A DNA stretch of 49,484 nt from a virus. The notes below the pieces were generated by a model that worked only from the letters and a program-made list of their open reading frames with translations, had not been told where the DNA came from and searched no databases. Shown one piece after another: positions 46,700 to 49,484 of this stretch. The DNA lies in IMG/VR virus record IMGVR_UViG_3300035156_000182, positions 1 to 49,484 of that record, one strand, 5' to 3'. The stretch's first letter is position 1, and the number at the start of each line of letters is the position of its first letter. Position numbers and translations under genes: made by a program.

Positions 46700-49484
46700 C
46701 TATCTGAACGCGGCCCCCACGATGGAACCAAGCCGTGCGGTCGAATAGCCGAATTCGTCGCCACCGCCACCGCCGCCACTCAATAGCGCGAGGCGCGACG
46801 CGATGTCGACCGGCAGGTTAAGTAGGGCGTTGTTCGTCACCGCCAGCATGTTGTTCGTTTCGTTGGCCAGTGCGTTGCCCGCCTGAATCGCCGCGACCTG
46901 CGCGGTGCCGATGCCGGCCGCCGCGTTGATGCGGTCGGTTTCCGATTTGATGATCGCCGCTGCCCCGGTCGCCACCGTGCTGCGGTCGCTGGTGTATTCG
47001 CCGCCGGCCGTGCCGAAGGCGTCGCGGCTGGTCGACAGCAGCGTGCGGTAAAGGTTCGCCACTTCGTCGCCCGCACCCGCTTCGCCCGCGTCCGCGCGCT
47101 TGCGAGCGTCGGCGATTTGGGTCAGCAGCGCCGACCGCTTTTCGCTCGCCGTACCTTCGAACAGGTCGCCGCTTGTGATCGACGTCAACACGTCCTGAAG
47201 CGACCCGACGGATGCCTTCAGCGTGTCGGCCACCAGCTTCGCACGCTGTTCGCCGTTGATGCGCTCGACCGCGACCAAGTCGAGGCCGTAGGTTTTCGCG
47301 ATGCGAACCCGGTCGGCCGCCACGGCCGCCGCGTCGTCGAACGTCTTTTTGAGCTGCGAACCCAGGCCGCCGATTAGCAGCTCGACGCCTTGCACCTTCA
47401 CGGCCTCGGCGACGGCCTTGTCGATGTCGCTGTTGCCGTTCAACGCGCGTTGCACCGCCGCCGACAGGCCGCGCACCGCGCCGTCGGCGATCGCGTCGCG
47501 GATGGCGTAGGCGATCGCCGCCGCTTCGCCGTCCTTACCGAAGTCGGCAAGGCCTTGGCCCTTCGCCTTTTTGCTGTCGAGCGACCCCGTGAAGCCGGTC
47601 GTCGACACGCGATATTTGCCGTCGAACGTGCCGATGCTGACCTTGTAGTCGCCGAGCGCGCCGCCGAGCTGTTGCGCAATCTGCGCGACGCCGTTCTGAA
47701 CCGCGCCGGCAAGGCCGCTCGCCGCGCCCTTGGTCGCGCTGTTGCTGCCGCCGACGGCCGTCGAGGCCTGCCCGCCTTGCGAGCTGACCGCCGCCGTGCC
47801 GAACTTCGGCTTGTCGAACAGGTTGCCGATCAACCCGCCGACGATCGAACCGATAATCTGGCCGCCAGGAATCGGGATGAACGACCCGACCGCGCCGCCA
47901 ATCTGCGAACCCGTCGAATTCAGCTTCACGCCGATGGCCTTGGCCAGCCCCGACACCGCTTGCCCGGTCGCCGCGCCGCCGATTGCCTTGCTCGCGCCCG
48001 CGCCGATCGCGGTGCCGATCGACTTCGCGTTGTCCTTATTCGTGAACAGCCCGGCGACCTTGCCGCCGACCGCGCCGAGCGCTTCAGTAAACAGCGCTTT
48101 CGGATCGCTGGTCAGCGGGTTTCGTTCCGGCCGTCCGCGCACCACGATGTCGGGTTCGCCGCCATTGCGGGCGCGCTCCATATCCTCGGCGGTCGGCGGC
48201 CCCGTCACTCCGTTGCCGCGCGCCAGCAGCGACGCAAGCGTGCCCCCAGCCCCGCCCGGCAGCGATCCGACGCCGAGGCCGGCCGAGGTAGGGCCGACGC
48301 CGTTCAGCGCTCCAGCGGCCCCACGGGCGGCCGTGGCAAGGTCATCGAACGCGGTCGCCGTCGGCCCGGTCGTGTCGACGACCAAGTCGAGGGCGTCGGC
48401 CATGCGCTCGCTTGCATCCTCGACGACCGTCGTGCCGTTGACTTGGTCCTGTAGCTTGCGGAACGCGTCGCCGAACAGGCCTTCGAACAGCGCGCGGCCC
48501 TTCAGCGTCTGGAACGCGTCGACCAGCTTGCCGGGGGTCTTAATGAACTGCCCCAGGTCGCCGCGCACGAACGCTTGCGTGGCGTCGTCGACCGTCTGTT
48601 TGATGTCGCCGAGGGCGTCGAGGTAAATTTCGGCCTTGGCGCGCGCGACGTCGATTGCGCGCTGTTCGGCTTCGATTGCCTGAACCGTCGCCAGCACCGC
48701 CGCTTTGCGCTCGGCCGTCAGCTCGCCGACACGGCCCTCGAGTCCTTGCACGATGCGCAGCGCTTCGGCCTCGGCGTAGCGGCCGGCCGTGGTCAGCTTC
48801 AGCACCGCCAGCGATTCACGCTGCGATTTCACGAAGTCGTTAAACGGCTTGTTCAGGCCATCCCGCACGACCGCTTTCGCCTCGCGCGCGTCGGCGATCA
48901 GCGTTTCGAAATTGAGCGGCTTTTTGCGCGACAGGTCGTCGATCAGGTCGTCAAGCTGCGCAATCTGCGAATTAACCTGCCGAAGCACCGGCGGGGTTCC
49001 GTCGAACGCGGCGACGATGCCGGCGATTTTCGCACCAGCGTCGCGGCCGAATTCGTCGCGCGCTTCGGTCGACTTCGGCTTCGGTGGTTTTTTCGGGCGC
49101 GCCGACCGCGCCGCCTTGTCGAGCAGCGGATTGATGCGACCCGAGTTGAGCGACTCGTCGAGCAGGTCGGCAATCGCCTTGTTCGCACGCGCGCCGGCCG
49201 ACTTCGAAACCGCTTCGATGAACTTGGTTTTGTCGATGCCTGAGCCTTCGAAGCTCGTTTTCTCGGCGTCCTGTAGAACCCGGTCGAGCGCGGCCGTGCG
49301 CGCCGCGCTGTCGGTCAGGCGGTTGGCCGCCTGCGCGCGCTGGCCGAGCGACGCGGCGGCCTTGTTCCCCCGGCCGACGCCAGCCGCGCCGACGATGTCG
49401 CTGCCGAACAGCACGTTCGCCGCGACGCGCGCGCCGACCACGCCCCGGCCAGGGTTGCCGGTGGCCGCCAGCGCCTTGCGCGCC
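46700..49484 (-). CDS. Tail tape measure protein, C-terminal segment (joins 981..128 across the circular junction; ~1212 aa in total)
   Basis: Track ORF 46700..49441 begins at an internal GTG. The frame stays open to 49484 (..ARKALAATGNPGRGVVGARV..). The protein is long, Ala/Gly-rich and helical, and lies between the chaperones and the tail-tip genes. Confidence 0.85.
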   Translation of the reverse strand, partial: ARKALAATGNPGRGVVGARVAANVLFGSDIVGAAGVGRGNKAAASLGQRAQAANRLTDSAARTAALDRVLQDAEKTSFEGSGIDKTKFIEAVSKSAGARANKAIADLLDESLNSGRINPLLDKAARSARPKKPPKPKSTEARDEFGRDAGAKIAGIVAAFDGTPPVLRQVNSQIAQLDDLIDDLSRKKPLNFETLIADAREAKAVVRDGLNKPFNDFVKSQRESLAVLKLTTAGRYAEAEALRIVQGLEGRVGELTAERKAAVLATVQAIEAEQRAIDVARAKAEIYLDALGDIKQTVDDATQAFVRGDLGQFIKTPGKLVDAFQTLKGRALFEGLFGDAFRKLQDQVNGTTVVEDASERMADALDLVVDTTGPTATAFDDLATAARGAAGALNGVGPTSAGLGVGSLPGGAGGTLASLLARGNGVTGPPTAEDMERARNGGEPDIVVRGRPERNPLTSDPKALFTEALGAVGGKVAGLFTNKDNAKSIGTAIGAGASKAIGGAATGQAVSGLAKAIGVKLNSTGSQIGGAVGSFIPIPGGQIIGSIVGGLIGNLFDKPKFGTAAVSSQGGQASTAVGGSNSATKGAASGLAGAVQNGVAQIAQQLGGALGDYKVSIGTFDGKYRVSTTGFTGSLDSKKAKGQGLADFGKDGEAAAIAYAIRDAIADGAVRGLSAAVQRALNGNSDIDKAVAEAVKVQGVELLIGGLGSQLKKTFDDAAAVAADRVRIAKTYGLDLVAVERINGEQRAKLVADTLKASVGSLQDVLTSITSGDLFEGTASEKRSALLTQIADARKRADAGEAGAGDEVANLYRTLLSTSRDAFGTAGGEYTSDRSTVATGAAAIIKSETDRINAAAGIGTAQVAAIQAGNALANETNNMLAVTNNALLNLPVDIASRLALLSGGGGGGDEFGYSTARLGSIVGAAFR
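49358..49484. repeat. Terminal direct repeat identical to 1..127
   Basis: Direct comparison shows 127/127 identical bases. Confidence 0.97.

Noticed and set aside
1-49484. Lysogeny module (integrase, CI repressor, attP) or Mu-type transposition genes, and replicative polymerase, primase or helicase.
   Set aside because: I read through all supported ORFs and saw no R..H.R..Y integrase pattern, no DDE/rve motif run and no helicase or polymerase motif sets. Absence by eye is weak evidence, so diverged versions among the unknown ORFs cannot be excluded.
49358-49484. Interpretation of the 127-bp end repeat as a genuine direct terminal repeat of the virion DNA.
   Set aside because: It falls in the middle of the tape-measure ORF, and the frame is continuous across the join. 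An assembly overlap of a circular or permuted genome is the simpler explanation. Only read-level data can settle it.

Overview
The two ends of the window are identical over 127 bp (1-127 = 49358-49484). The window is therefore one complete, circularly closed or circularly permuted tailed-phage genome of 49,357 unique bp. It is visibly GC-rich, and it has been opened inside its tape-measure gene. I can support about 85 CDSs. They are tightly packed, with many ATGA/GTGA start-stop overlaps. I see no tRNA, rRNA, CRISPR array, integrase, CI-type repressor or transposase.

Layout:
- 1-7683 (-): tail and head late genes. These are the tape-measure N-terminus, G/GT chaperones with a canonical -1 slippery site, tube, Mu gpG-like and DUF1320-like connector genes, major capsid, decoration and a GpO-like scaffold.
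- 7831-11620 (+): 14 tiny translationally coupled ORFs plus an RNase H. They are counter-oriented and inserted inside the structural region.
- 11617-17570 (-): a signal-peptide glycoside hydrolase, a SPRY-domain protein with about 15 tandem 21-aa repeats, and a fibre-like module.
- 17883-23963 (-): Mu F-like head protein, a lipoprotein moron, a DUF935 portal carrying an embedded 2H-phosphoesterase-like domain, TerL and TerS.
- 23960-31615 (-): early and middle genes. These are unknowns, a Mor-like activator, a DUF1376 replication protein with an internal repeat cluster, RusA, an N6A methyltransferase and a Cro-like HTH protein.
- 31728-37308 (+): a recombination module with a PD-(D/E)xK exonuclease, a Sak4-like ATPase and an HNH nuclease.
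- 37361-40307: lipoprotein, zinc-ribbon protein and lysis cassette (GH108 endolysin with four membrane proteins).
- 40309-49484 (-): tail-tip genes, including a 1247-aa repeat-bearing fibre/host-specificity protein, and the tape-measure C-terminus.

All functional calls rest on motifs recognised by eye, ORF size, synteny, ribosome-binding sites and coupling. No database search was run. Many long ORFs in the six-frame track are antisense or alternative-frame artefacts of the high GC content.
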